A stretch of 64,000 bases of DNA, taken from positions 18,271 to 82,270 of IMG/VR virus record IMGVR_UViG_3300031857_000071. The stretch is one strand, 5' to 3'. The stretch's first letter is position 1. The number at the start of each line of letters is the position of its first letter. Positions 18,462 to 28,782 of this stretch are shown here, piece by piece. This DNA comes from a virus. Lineage: Duplodnaviria > Heunggongvirae > Uroviricota > Caudoviricetes. The notes beneath the pieces are model-generated. The model worked only from the letters and a program-made list of their open reading frames with translations. It searched no databases and had not been told where the DNA came from. The position numbers and the translations under genes were made by a program.

Positions 18462-19168
18462 TATAAAACATCCCTATAATTAAATTGAGTAAGTTCTTCT
18501 GCTGAACCTAGACCATCTTTTGTTAGCAAATTAAATGCAAGGCTATATCTGTTAAAGGGTGTGGTGTTTAAATCAACTTGATGCACCAAAGTGGCCGGAA
18601 ATAACACCAAAGTTCCCTTGGAAACTTTAACAGTGGCGACTCGCCTAGTACTGAAAGGTGCTTCAGCAATTCCTGATATACATTCTGGAGGTAAATATTT
18701 CGGACGTAAAATAAATTCACTCTCTGAATCTGGATGCATTTTATTCGAAAAATGTAGCGGCATATTTTCCGTGTGTTCATCGAAAAAATATACTCCCGAA
18801 ATTATACTGTTTGGATGACTATGTGGCATGTGTTGATTATTCGGACGTTTTACTGTCACCCATGATAGCACATCTATCATTTCATTGGTGTCGATACCCA
18901 ATAAATCACGTGCAAATTCTTTTCCGGCGTATAGAATTTTTTTCCTCAAATCTTTACAAATGTCATCACGCAAAATCATAACATTTGTGGATACTGCACC
19001 ATAACCAGCAGGTTCTGTTCCTATAGGATGATTTAGTTCCGTATTCGTTAGATAATTTTGTAATTCATTCGATGGTTGATATTCGCCAATTGCAATAGGT
19101 TTAGCTAACACGGGATGCACTATTAAATTCAACATTTCATCATTATTTTCACTCATCATTTTCTCCAT
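18461..19168 (-). CDS. 2OG-Fe(II) oxygenase-family protein, paralog of the preceding gene
   Basis: HMPHSHPNSIISGVYFF ... TLVHQV. ATGA-type overlap with its neighbour. Confidence 0.5.
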   Translation of the reverse strand: MEKMMSENNDEMLNLIVHPVLAKPIAIGEYQPSNELQNYLTNTELNHPIGTEPAGYGAVSTNVMILRDDICKDLRKKILYAGKEFARDLLGIDTNEMIDVLSWVTVKRPNNQHMPHSHPNSIISGVYFFDEHTENMPLHFSNKMHPDSESEFILRPKYLPPECISGIAEAPFSTRRVATVKVSKGTLVLFPATLVHQVDLNTTPFNRYSLAFNLLTKDGLGSAEELTQFNYRDVL

Positions 19169-19174
19169 TTAAAA

Positions 19175-19738
19175 TTAAAAAGCCCAAGTAACAAATGACC
19201 ATCTCTCACCTTTGGTCACAGTTTCAACTCTATGTCGATACATAAAAGCTGAGGGAAAAATTAGAACATCTCCCTTTTTCATGTTTATTTTCAAATCATC
19301 AAACATTATAAATTCACCGCCTTCATAATCATCATTTAGACAACCAACAATAGATAGTAGAGGACTGCCAGAACCTTTTTCGAAAATACTCACAATATTA
19401 TCACTGTGTTCCGACATACTTGTTCCTGTCACATATCTATTTATTCTGAATTCAGATGTGTGTCTTAACTGGATATGAACGGGATGGCGATTCATATAGG
19501 AATTTATCCATTCAATACATTTTTTTGCCAGATAGTCGAGATGTTCACCTTCAAATACCAAATTCAAAAGTTCCTTATCCCTTCTCGTTGAAATATTCAT
19601 TGTTTTATTTGGATCATAACTTGTCCATGCATGTTCAATCCAGTCATCTCTTACGGAGTATTTTTTGATGGCACTGTCGCAAAATTCTTCAGGTAATACA
19701 CCCTTCATCAAATGAATATATTCATAAAGTTGTTTCAT
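19175..19738 (-). CDS. Prolyl-4-hydroxylase-like 2OG-Fe(II) oxygenase
   Basis: HSDNI (HxD) ... GGEF ... H ... RWSFVTWAF (RxS) arrangement. Confidence 0.5.
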   Translation of the reverse strand: MKQLYEYIHLMKGVLPEEFCDSAIKKYSVRDDWIEHAWTSYDPNKTMNISTRRDKELLNLVFEGEHLDYLAKKCIEWINSYMNRHPVHIQLRHTSEFRINRYVTGTSMSEHSDNIVSIFEKGSGSPLLSIVGCLNDDYEGGEFIMFDDLKINMKKGDVLIFPSAFMYRHRVETVTKGERWSFVTWAF

Positions 19739-19819
19739 GTTTCCTCACTAAAAAAATTAAAATCACGAATTATTTATATATAAATAGGAGGGTTAGTTAT
19801 AAAATAACGGAGAAATTAT

Positions 19820-21001
19820 ATGCCATTGACATTATCCACGGACAATCTTACTGCATCGGGACTTAGCCTAAGCGGTTCTGTCCCCACACCTTTCATTCCT
19901 GCACCAGGACCACAGACTTCAACTTATAATAGTACGTATGCAGGTGCCACCAGTAGAATAAGGCTTTTAAGTGCTCCGGTACCGGGAAGTATATATCCCC
20001 AGGCCTTTTTGGAAATTCCTATTCCAACACTTACTGATAATCAGTCTTATCCAGGTATTTCCGCAGGTCGAGTTCAGGGTGGTGACGGTGGAATCAGATT
20101 GATATCTAATTTAAACACATCGAATGATCCTGCCGCCAATCAAAACCGCTCCAACTTTTTAATGGGCGTTTATACTGATACTCCTGCGTCTAATACATAT
20201 CCTTTGCAAGTCGGCCGTAGATTCTCTCCTGGTGTTTCTGGACAGTCATCTTACCTTGGTGGACTTGCCGTTCTTGGTCAGACAACTATGGACTCCACTC
20301 CAATTGGCACAGCCGCCCAACCCGGCGGTGCATACACGCTTGATTTAGTTAGAAACGCACCTGCACCTATTTCTGCTCCAAGTGGAGCGGTGATGAGGAT
20401 GAGCGCCGGTGCACCAGGTGTAACAGCTTATTACGTCACTTTTCAACAAGGCGCAGAAAGAGGCTCAATATTTACTCCAGGATCAACAACAACTTATGCA
20501 ACCAGTTCAGACTATCGATTAAAAGATAATATTACTCCACTTGATTCTGAAGAAGAATTACAAAGAATCAATCAGTTACGTCCCCGTAAATGGAATTGGA
20601 AAACCAACCAAGATCCTGGAGTGGGCTTCATCGCACATGAACTTCAAGAAACATTTGAAGATGCGAATAAACTAGGTATGGTTTCAGGAAGCAAAGATTC
20701 TGTCACACGTAAGGGTAGAATTGTTGACGTTACAACAGGTGAACCAATTCATAGAGTGCCAAAAATAGATGAAACGACTGGTGAAGAAACTATAGAATAC
20801 TTTTACGTAGATGAACCAACTATTGAAGACGCCGCAAATCTGGCTGCCGATGGTAAAGAATGGGTATATCATCACGATGAACCACTCTATCAAGCAATCG
20901 ATACATCTTTCTTAGCTTCATCCACAGTAGCGGCTATTCAGGCTTTAACAAATAGAGTCACATCACTTGAATCTAGAGTTGCGGCACTTGAATCCATATA
21001 A
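19820..21001 (+). CDS. Tail fibre/spike-like structural protein with a C-terminal intramolecular chaperone (peptidase S74-type) domain
   Basis: SDYRLKDNITPL (SDxRxK autocleavage motif) followed by GFIAHELQETF and a C-terminal coiled-coil LTNRVTSLESRVAALESI. Confidence 0.6.
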   Translation: MPLTLSTDNLTASGLSLSGSVPTPFIPAPGPQTSTYNSTYAGATSRIRLLSAPVPGSIYPQAFLEIPIPTLTDNQSYPGISAGRVQGGDGGIRLISNLNTSNDPAANQNRSNFLMGVYTDTPASNTYPLQVGRRFSPGVSGQSSYLGGLAVLGQTTMDSTPIGTAAQPGGAYTLDLVRNAPAPISAPSGAVMRMSAGAPGVTAYYVTFQQGAERGSIFTPGSTTTYATSSDYRLKDNITPLDSEEELQRINQLRPRKWNWKTNQDPGVGFIAHELQETFEDANKLGMVSGSKDSVTRKGRIVDVTTGEPIHRVPKIDETTGEETIEYFYVDEPTIEDAANLAADGKEWVYHHDEPLYQAIDTSFLASSTVAAIQALTNRVTSLESRVAALESI

Positions 21002-21696
21002 CGAATTCTACTTGATTTCCTATCAAATATAATCATAAATTGATCTAAACGAATCATAACCTCAAGAGGGTCCACAAGACCCTCTTCCATTACCTTATTG
21101 AAAAGTCTTTTAGCCGAGTGATTGTCAACGGAATATGCAAAAGGTTCTCCCATGCATGGCCAGTTGCTATTGTGAAACAAAGGCTTATCATCAGAAAGGC
21201 AATGAATTGAATTTCTGGGAACATGTTCCTTTAGAGGTTCCATCAAAATTGCATCGTGTTCTAAAATAATACAAGGTTTACCCATACTCATGCATTTACT
21301 CCATGCCGCCATGTGAGTAAGTATTCTACAAACCTGATTGTGATTTAATCTCGATTTGAGTCTAACTTGATTAGTCCATTCCTGTGACTCATAATAAAGT
21401 GGTGGAAAAACTTCCTTGATTTTTACATTATCATAAGCATGTGGTGACACTTCAGTACGATCTAGAAAGTTGAAAGATTCAATAAGATGCAAACTGTAAC
21501 CAAATCTTTCCGCAGATGAGGTTGCTCTTTTATGCATGGGTCCTTGCAATACAATAACATCCGAAATACCAAAATCACTATAGTTTGGAACAAGATTCAT
21601 CCCTCTTGTATCCAATCTATGAAAAAGTGGTAGATGTGCATTGGGATTATTTCTGTAGTTATCTGTTCTGTATGTCATAATGAAACACCCGGACAA
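20938..21696 (-). CDS. Glycosyltransferase family 25 (LPS-type) protein
   Basis: CRILTHMAAWSKCMSMGKPCIILEHDAIL matches the GT25 core (C.LSH..W......IILEDD). Confidence 0.45.
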   Translation of the reverse strand: MSGCFIMTYRTDNYRNNPNAHLPLFHRLDTRGMNLVPNYSDFGISDVIVLQGPMHKRATSSAERFGYSLHLIESFNFLDRTEVSPHAYDNVKIKEVFPPLYYESQEWTNQVRLKSRLNHNQVCRILTHMAAWSKCMSMGKPCIILEHDAILMEPLKEHVPRNSIHCLSDDKPLFHNSNWPCMGEPFAYSVDNHSAKRLFNKVMEEGLVDPLEVMIRLDQFMIIFDRKSSRIRYMDSSAATLDSSDVTLFVKA

Positions 21697-23048
21697 GTTG
21701 TAATTTCTTTTCGAACTTGTATTGAATCATATTTTGTGCATATTGTTGACACTTTTTCACAATCAAATAACTGTGTTGCATAAAGTTTTGTGTATACGAA
21801 TTCGAATTTAGATGAATCGCAAAAAACATCATTTACATTTTTAATTCCTTCTAACAGACATGCGGTGAACAGTCTTTTCGCCATAGCAGGATCTATGGCA
21901 TACGCATGTTGGCCCATTGGAAAGAAATAATTTTCACTTCCATAATTTAGCATTGCATTGTCTAATTTTTCTTTTTGTGTATTTTCATTTAGATAGTCGA
22001 TAAGATAACAGTAGTCGTTTTTTAAGTTTTTATCACTTATCATTTCTTGTGCAATATAATTGTGTCCAAGATAGTGTAAACAATTATAAAAAGGAAAATG
22101 TGTGTATGGTTGAAGCATAACAGCATCATGTTCCAAAATCACAATTGGTTTATTAATTGTTATGCAATGTGCCCATAATGCCACGTGGCTTAACGTACAA
22201 CCAATCTCAGGATAAGACATTTTCGAATCGACAACTTTGATCCATTTCATATAATCATTATTCTTCAGATGATCTGGTGTTTTTATTTGTTTCCTGTCTG
22301 AGCCATCATATCCATGAAACAATTTATATTTCATTCCGGCTCTCTGGAGTGACTGTATACACAACTCCAACCTTGTATCCGATATGATGTTATCTTTCAG
22401 ACAAATTATATACGCACCTTCAATCTCAGAATTGTAATTGCTGTTTAGATTCACTCCATCATCATGTTTAGTATGAAATTTGTGTTTAACACTTTTTGGT
22501 ATTTTTGAACACCAAATTTGACCAAATTGAGTTACATCAGATAGGCATGTTGTAACTGCCTCTACTACACCCGGAAAGTCTTTTACACCAAAGTCATCAC
22601 CGGCTATGACACCACCTTCTTTCATTTTCGGTAGCCACGCTTGAATGTCTTTCATAACACCCTCGAAAGAATGATCTCCATCTATAAACAAAAAGTCGAT
22701 TGACTTATCTGGATATCTTGATGCTAATGAAGAACTGTCACCAACAATCGGATTGACGATGTGTTTGACCGGCTCAATATTAGCCAGAAATTCTTTTTGA
22801 AGTGTATTGTTCTGAATGGACTCATATGCTTGATGTTCACCTGAACCCATAAAAGAATCTATGGCATCAAACTTGATTTTTTTACCTGAGTTGTTAATCT
22901 CAACTCCCATCATAACTGTGGATTTACCCTTCCAACAACCAATCTCAACAAAATGGGCGCCGTCAGAAGCGGTGTCAACCATTCTTTTGTATAATTTGGT
23001 TTGCTCTACAGTTAACCATCCTTCAATATCCCAATGATAGTATTCCAT
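21675..23048 (-). CDS. Fusion protein: class I SAM methyltransferase (Methyltransf_24-like) N-terminal half plus GT25 glycosyltransferase C-terminal half
   Basis: N-term HFVEIGCWKGKST ... FLFIDGDHSFEGV. C-term GCTLSHVALWAHCITINKPIVILEHDAVM. Confidence 0.5.
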   Translation of the reverse strand: MEYYHWDIEGWLTVEQTKLYKRMVDTASDGAHFVEIGCWKGKSTVMMGVEINNSGKKIKFDAIDSFMGSGEHQAYESIQNNTLQKEFLANIEPVKHIVNPIVGDSSSLASRYPDKSIDFLFIDGDHSFEGVMKDIQAWLPKMKEGGVIAGDDFGVKDFPGVVEAVTTCLSDVTQFGQIWCSKIPKSVKHKFHTKHDDGVNLNSNYNSEIEGAYIICLKDNIISDTRLELCIQSLQRAGMKYKLFHGYDGSDRKQIKTPDHLKNNDYMKWIKVVDSKMSYPEIGCTLSHVALWAHCITINKPIVILEHDAVMLQPYTHFPFYNCLHYLGHNYIAQEMISDKNLKNDYCYLIDYLNENTQKEKLDNAMLNYGSENYFFPMGQHAYAIDPAMAKRLFTACLLEGIKNVNDVFCDSSKFEFVYTKLYATQLFDCEKVSTICTKYDSIQVRKEITTCPGVSL

Positions 23049-23076
23049 AATTACTCCATAATATATTAATCTGTTT

Positions 23077-23736
23077 TTATCTATTATTCTTATAGAAAGA
23101 AATATGTTCTATTAGGTTATGTATATGGTCTTCCGTACTCTCAATAAAAATAAGTGGACTTTCATTCTCAACCGCCATAACAATCACAATCTGGTCAATC
23201 GGAACACCAACATGTTCTTCATACATGCCAGAATATGCAGTACATTGTGCAAAATAGTCCTGTATGTCTTCCTTCTGTTTAATCTTCTTTGAAGTTTTAA
23301 AGTCAATTACAGATAGTACACCGTCCCATTCAGCAATCAAGTCAACACGACCAGCCATACCGATGCGTTCAGACCAGAGTGCCTGTTCAATGTAGTGTAT
23401 ATTATCGATTCTTTGTATCGATGGAATTAATGTGCGGAACATCTCCACAGCATCAGGCATTTCCCGTACCCAATCGATCTTTTCATTCTTTAGATACCGT
23501 TCTGCTAGGTCATGCACACGATTACCACGACCTGTGGCAAGTTTGGAAATACGGTTGGCTTCAACTTCACCAACCCTATTTCTCCACTCCATGATTGCCT
23601 GTTTTTTCATTGCACCAACAACAGTCGTAACCGATGGCAAGCGTTTACCGCTAGGTGAAGTGTAATAGCGTTTGCCGTCTGAGTGTGTTTCCGATTTTAG
23701 GTCAGGAAGGACCATTGGTGAGCAATGTGTAAACAT
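23077..23736 (-). CDS. PD-(D/E)XK nuclease (RecB/Cas4-like fold, no Cys cluster)
   Basis: GRVDLIAEWDGVLSVIDFKTSKK (D ... D-x-K). Confidence 0.4.
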   Translation of the reverse strand: MFTHCSPMVLPDLKSETHSDGKRYYTSPSGKRLPSVTTVVGAMKKQAIMEWRNRVGEVEANRISKLATGRGNRVHDLAERYLKNEKIDWVREMPDAVEMFRTLIPSIQRIDNIHYIEQALWSERIGMAGRVDLIAEWDGVLSVIDFKTSKKIKQKEDIQDYFAQCTAYSGMYEEHVGVPIDQIVIVMAVENESPLIFIESTEDHIHNLIEHISFYKNNR

Positions 23737-23737
23737 A

Positions 23738-23986
23738 TTATTCTAATTCAACCTCAACTTGTTTGAAACGTTTTTCCTGAATCGTTTCTTCTTTCCATAT
23801 TTTTCGTGGATTGCCACACATGATACAACCAGGACGACCACAATCTAGTGCATGGTGTTTAGCCAATTTGTGTGGCTCTTTCACTTCAATTCCATGTGAT
23901 TTTGCAATCTTTACCTGTTTCTTTATAGCCGTTTCATCAGCATGAATACGTTTGCTGTGTTTGATTTTGTCATATTCTGTACTCAT
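23738..23986 (-). CDS. Small Cys-containing hypothetical protein
   Basis: 82 aa, DCGRPGCIMCG motif. Confidence 0.3.
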   Translation of the reverse strand: MSTEYDKIKHSKRIHADETAIKKQVKIAKSHGIEVKEPHKLAKHHALDCGRPGCIMCGNPRKIWKEETIQEKRFKQVEVELE

Positions 23987-24753
23987 TCTGCATCCTCATA
24001 TTTTAGTTTGGCGATAATGTAGTCCTTAACGAGAGAACTACGGACAATATCATCAACAGTAAACTCAATCTTTGTAAATGCTTTCATGTGATATGCAACA
24101 TCAAAGAACTTAAGAATACCTGATACATCATTTTTCTTTTTGTTCAAGTCTGTTTGGCGGTAATCACCACACCAAATAATCTTTGAACGGTAACCAACAC
24201 GGGTCATTACAGTATCAATCTCCTCAAATGTCATGTTCTGCATTTCATCAACAATAATGATTGCATCATCAAATGACATACCACGAATGAATGATGTAGA
24301 AATGAATTCAACAAAACCTTGTTCAGAGAGCCTTTGATATGCATCTTTTCTTCCGAAAAGCGTGTCTGCAATTTGAACATATGGTTGTTGATAAATCTCC
24401 ATCTTCTCCGTTACATCACCAGGTAAATGCCCAATTTCCCTAGATTGTACGGCTGAACGTACAATAATAACTTTCTTAAACGGATTGTTTTTATCGAGAA
24501 CTTCTTCCAGTGCTTTATAGAGAGCACAGAATGTTTTACCGGTACCTGCTACACCGTGAAGTGCTAAGAAATAATCTCCCCTTTTATATGCATCAAAGAA
24601 TATTCTTTGATTCTCTGTTAATGGCTCAAATGTTTTTAGGTGATCTAATTTGATTCTTAGTGTATTGTTTATTACAGGTTGATGTGTATGCGTATATTCA
24701 TCCATACTAATAACATCATTCCTTTTTTGAACTGGAGATTTTCTACTAGCCAT
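23983..24753 (-). CDS. phoH: PhoH-family ATPase
   Basis: Walker A LHGVAGTGKTF, Walker B IIVDEMQN. Size and layout typical of phage phoH. Confidence 0.8.
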   Translation of the reverse strand: MASRKSPVQKRNDVISMDEYTHTHQPVINNTLRIKLDHLKTFEPLTENQRIFFDAYKRGDYFLALHGVAGTGKTFCALYKALEEVLDKNNPFKKVIIVRSAVQSREIGHLPGDVTEKMEIYQQPYVQIADTLFGRKDAYQRLSEQGFVEFISTSFIRGMSFDDAIIIVDEMQNMTFEEIDTVMTRVGYRSKIIWCGDYRQTDLNKKKNDVSGILKFFDVAYHMKAFTKIEFTVDDIVRSSLVKDYIIAKLKYEDAE

Positions 24754-24776
24754 TAATACCTCTTATTGTTAGTTGA

Positions 24777-25058
24777 TTACCATTCTCTGCCCATTTTCGT
24801 TTTGTGTGATTTCGCCAACGTATTTCCTGGAACAGTATCCTTAATTCTCTGAATAACCCCTTTCTCGAATGCTGAATCGTAAGACTTGGTTCCTGGAACG
24901 CTCATACGAGCCGCATCTGAGAACCTAGGCAAATCTTCTGGTGCAAAGTAACGCTCCAGATGTGTGTTATCTTCTTTGAATTTATCGTATTCGGATAGTT
25001 TAAGAACATGTTCTTCAACTTCTCCGGTGTTTGCATTTTTAAATGTGTAAGTAGGCAT
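24777..25058 (-). CDS. Hypothetical protein
   Basis: 93-aa ORF. Confidence 0.3.
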   Translation of the reverse strand: MPTYTFKNANTGEVEEHVLKLSEYDKFKEDNTHLERYFAPEDLPRFSDAARMSVPGTKSYDSAFEKGVIQRIKDTVPGNTLAKSHKTKMGREW

Positions 25059-25657
25059 TATAAGTTAAAAACAATTGAAATTCGTGGATCGGTAGATTGA
25101 TTTGGCATCACTTCGTGATATAGCCATGCAGGCCACATCATCAGTAAACCTGGATATGGTTTGTAATCAAAGTGTTTGTATGCATACCAGTTTGTTGGAT
25201 CTTTCACGTGAAACATGTAATCGAAAAAATCTCTAAATGGTTGATTAGGTGAAAACCTAATGTCGGCGGAACCTGGTGGAGTTTGCAGGTAGAAAATACC
25301 TGAGATAGTACATTGTGAGTGTACGTGTTTTCCGTGTGCAGAGCCTTCTTTGAAGTAATTCAGGAAGAAGTATGGATTAAATTTGATTGGACCTGGGTCA
25401 TAACCTTGTAGTTCCAAAAAGTTGCGACCCTTACCCATAATGAATTGACAGAATTCAGCATAGTCCGGATGCGTAGGCAAATCTAAGTTCATGTTATGCG
25501 TGGTTTTACCATTCGCATAAAAATCTTGATTCGATGGTTGTGTTTCAAAATAGTTCTTTACTTTGGGTAGAAGAACATCAACCCATTCTAGATGGTCTTC
25601 TCGGCCAATCGTAGATGGGAAAAAATTATCAAGTATCATATGGTAAAAATACCTCAA
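25058..25657 (-). CDS. 2OG-Fe(II) oxygenase-like protein
   Basis: GKHVHSQCTISGIFYLQTP ... WPAWLYHEV resembles the cyanophage 2OG-FeII_Oxy_5 pattern. Confidence 0.4.
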   Translation of the reverse strand: MRYFYHMILDNFFPSTIGREDHLEWVDVLLPKVKNYFETQPSNQDFYANGKTTHNMNLDLPTHPDYAEFCQFIMGKGRNFLELQGYDPGPIKFNPYFFLNYFKEGSAHGKHVHSQCTISGIFYLQTPPGSADIRFSPNQPFRDFFDYMFHVKDPTNWYAYKHFDYKPYPGLLMMWPAWLYHEVMPNQSTDPRISIVFNL

Positions 25658-25901
25658 GTTTCTTAAGTTTGGCCTCGATGGCGATATTTAAATCGTTCTC
25701 AGTAATATTTATATCGGTTTCTTCCATCAGAACTTTGATAATTGCTAAAACATCACCAATCTCTGTAATAAGTGACTGTCTATTGGTAACACCTTGCCAT
25801 TCACCCTGCATTCCAAAACGATTGATTTTGGATACTGCTTGAATCACTTCTGCACATTCTTCTTGGAGAACGGCCATTACTGTTTGTGTATTACGCTTCA
25901 T
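25629..25901 (-). CDS. Small MazG-like nucleotide pyrophosphohydrolase domain protein
   Basis: LQEECAEVIQA (EExxE-type) helix. 90 aa. Confidence 0.4.
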   Translation of the reverse strand: MKRNTQTVMAVLQEECAEVIQAVSKINRFGMQGEWQGVTNRQSLITEIGDVLAIIKVLMEETDINITENDLNIAIEAKLKKLEVFLPYDT

Positions 25902-26362
25902 TCAATTCTTTCTTTATATTCTTTGGTTGGTGTATAAGGAAAGGTGATTGGAACACAACTCTCTTTACATGTAAAATATGATTTACCTGTATTACCATCC
26001 TCATCTGTATAATAGTCATAGAAGATAATACCATCAATATCATATGCTTGACCATCAAAACGGTCTGCCTGTTTGAATACGTGAGAACACCGTTTGTTTT
26101 GGAATACACCATCATGTACTTCATTCCATTCCCAATCTTCACCGGTCAAGGGAACAAGTGGTTCAAACATTGCAAGAGTTTTAAACACATTAACGGCATA
26201 TGGTGCAGAAGAACCAGAATGACCTTCATCAGCAAACACTTCAAGCAACTTCAATACATGGTTGCAAATTGCCTCCTGCATTTCATTATCGAATTTACCA
26301 TTCTCATCACACCAGCCTGCGGCTCTGAATTCCATGAGAGCATGATTTTTCAAATTACTCAT
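25898..26362 (-). CDS. Hypothetical protein
   Basis: 154-aa ORF, coupled. Confidence 0.3.
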   Translation of the reverse strand: MSNLKNHALMEFRAAGWCDENGKFDNEMQEAICNHVLKLLEVFADEGHSGSSAPYAVNVFKTLAMFEPLVPLTGEDWEWNEVHDGVFQNKRCSHVFKQADRFDGQAYDIDGIIFYDYYTDEDGNTGKSYFTCKESCVPITFPYTPTKEYKERIE

Positions 26363-26579
26363 TATTTTTTTATCCTTTTACCAAATTCATCTGTTTCTTC
26401 TGCCCAATGTACTACACACCAATCATCAATACAAAGTTCTCTACTAATTTTATCGTGTTTATTCGATTCAACCATTTTACTATACCAATATTTGTAGTAT
26501 GATTCGATGATTTGGTCTTCACTCCATGTTTCTTGTACATGCTGACCAAATTCACCTGGAAAAACTATAGTCCAATACT

Positions 26580-27149
26580 TCATACAGAGTACCAGCTTGG
26601 AGTTGGACGTGAATTGATTTTACCTTGCCATGATGCAAAGCCACGTTTGTTTTTGTTGTAGTAATTATGGTAAGATGCAAGTTCATCACCTGAAACTTTC
26701 ACATCATCAGGCATTGCTGGTGTTGGTGGAGTGAAAGGTTTCTGAGTGATGTTTTTGGGTGCAACTTTTAGTGGTTCTAGCAATTTAGAACATGCATGAA
26801 TTTTACCATAACGATAGGTGTATTCGTCTAGCAGGTGTACCCACATTTTGTATAGCCATGCATAGTTTGCTTCTGATTGGCGGCACCAGATAGCAGACGG
26901 ATGGTTCATGTGTGTTGCTTTGTAAAGCGTGGTGTCACGTGCATCAGTTAGACGCCAGACTTTTGTGTTGCGGTAACGTGCAGGTAAAGAACCATGCACA
27001 TAACGTTTTTCAATTTCTTCGTAGCCATCAATAACACGGTGTGCAGTTGACATGAGTTGTGCATACTCGATAATCATTTTGACAACGTGTTTCGAGATAT
27101 GCATTTCAGCACAAGTTTGTGGGTCAGAATCAAGATAGAAGATGTTCAT
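26580..27149 (-). CDS. Hypothetical conserved protein
   Basis: 189-aa ORF; function not recognised. Confidence 0.3.
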   Translation of the reverse strand: MNIFYLDSDPQTCAEMHISKHVVKMIIEYAQLMSTAHRVIDGYEEIEKRYVHGSLPARYRNTKVWRLTDARDTTLYKATHMNHPSAIWCRQSEANYAWLYKMWVHLLDEYTYRYGKIHACSKLLEPLKVAPKNITQKPFTPPTPAMPDDVKVSGDELASYHNYYNKNKRGFASWQGKINSRPTPSWYSV

Positions 27150-27319
27150 GTTTTCACCAATGGCGGATTACGCCTGCAATAATAAAAAAGTTTGTGATGA
27201 TATACAATAATACAATAAGAGTGCGTATGATGGCAACCTTATCGGCTTTGTGGTCATTGGGATGGGCCTTTTCACCTAGTGCTTTCGCCCATAGTGTCCA
27301 CCAATAATTCAGGTATTCT

Positions 27320-28132
27320 TTAAGTTTGTACCTCATCTACAATGTATCCTTTTTCTTTAAGGTTTTCAACATCCATTTCGAAATATGGATACAATATTGT
27401 AGCAGGTACAACTGGTGTTGTCAATATCATTTCTTGAATATTTTCAGGCCATGTACCTTCCATTTCGGCAAATCTCCATTTGTACAGGAAATTAGCCCAT
27501 GATAGGCCTCGGAATTTATGTGAACGGGATTGTTCTTCATACCGTTCTGATTGTGGTTCTGGTCGTTTTGCAAGGTGTAATGTTGGCTCCCACACACGAC
27601 CATGTGCGAAGTCATTGATTGACGATTTTTCTGGTAGGTGTTTGATTGCTCGAAGAAAATAATCACCTTCACCAAAGCCATAATGAAAACGTTCATCCCA
27701 CATGCCAATCTTCTTTACTGCGTTTGGTGTATATGCACACACCATATCACCAGCATCATCGGCATAGAAATCAAAGTCTTTCATTACCTTCAACAGTTGT
27801 GGAATCCAATCATAGTTCCAAACTGTATCATCTTGCACAGTTACAACAATATCAGCATCAGGTTCATTTAGATTTTTGAAACCATGAATGAGTGCCATGT
27901 TCCACATACGTGCAAGCATGGCAGTTGCAAAGTCTGGAGTTCCACGATTGTGTATCACATTTACATGTGGTGCAAATCGTGGATCAATTGAAAAGTTTGT
28001 GTGATTGTTGATGATGTTAACGTGAATGTCAACACCTTCTGGTAGTAATTTGAAACCTTCAAAGAGTGTGTGAAGGTTCATGTTCAATGCTTCTGCATCT
28101 TGCCATGTTACAACAAATATTTTAATTTTCAT
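27320..28132 (-). CDS. Putative glycosyltransferase-like protein
   Basis: 270 aa with VTVQDD (possible DxD). Assignment is weak. Confidence 0.25.
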   Translation of the reverse strand: MKIKIFVVTWQDAEALNMNLHTLFEGFKLLPEGVDIHVNIINNHTNFSIDPRFAPHVNVIHNRGTPDFATAMLARMWNMALIHGFKNLNEPDADIVVTVQDDTVWNYDWIPQLLKVMKDFDFYADDAGDMVCAYTPNAVKKIGMWDERFHYGFGEGDYFLRAIKHLPEKSSINDFAHGRVWEPTLHLAKRPEPQSERYEEQSRSHKFRGLSWANFLYKWRFAEMEGTWPENIQEMILTTPVVPATILYPYFEMDVENLKEKGYIVDEVQT

Positions 28133-28419
28133 ACAACCATTCTAATCAAACCAACCGAATCAATTGTCACAAGTAACATGTAGTTAGCCAACATGCCAAA
28201 TGATTTCCGAGTATAACTAGCCCAAGCATACATAGCACAACCAGCAATCCAGATAGGATATAGAACAAGTAGTGGAGGACTGGGTACAGTAAGAGCCATG
28301 GTGATCGAACAGCCGATGCTAATAGCCCAAGCCAGCAACTCAATAACAAAGCGAAAACGATTAGAACGCCAATCATCTTTAATCCACTCAAAAATACCTA
28401 TCAATAAATCATTCATCAA
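28129..28419 (-). CDS. Small multi-pass membrane protein
   Basis: 96 aa, two or three hydrophobic segments. Confidence 0.3.
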   Translation of the reverse strand: MMNDLLIGIFEWIKDDWRSNRFRFVIELLAWAISIGCSITMALTVPSPPLLVLYPIWIAGCAMYAWASYTRKSFGMLANYMLLVTIDSVGLIRMVV

Positions 28420-28421
28420 TA

Positions 28422-28730
28422 TTAAAGTTTAGGAATGTCAAACTCAACACCCTTACCTTCCTCTTGTGCTTTGATTGTTGGTGCATCTTTTTTTACCTTA
28501 GGGAAACGTTTTGCAATGTCATCAGCAGTTACTGTGGTCATGGCAAATTGCATGAATTGTGTGTAGCTGTCAGATACGGTCATGGTGCGTGGACCACCCG
28601 CCTCAGTTGCGGAGAAATAGAGAACACAACCACCAGCAACGAGTGGTGCAATCTCAATAATATTGTCCAGATTGACAATAAGTTTGCATTGTTTAGGTGC
28701 AACGGAATTAACTTCAACGAATGTAGCCAT
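28422..28730 (-). CDS. Hypothetical protein
   Basis: 102-aa ORF with RBS AAGAGGT. Confidence 0.3.
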   Translation of the reverse strand: MATFVEVNSVAPKQCKLIVNLDNIIEIAPLVAGGCVLYFSATEAGGPRTMTVSDSYTQFMQFAMTTVTADDIAKRFPKVKKDAPTIKAQEEGKGVEFDIPKL

Positions 28731-28782
28731 AATAACCTCTTAATAAAAAAAATAAAAACCAATCAACATCATAAAACAAAAA

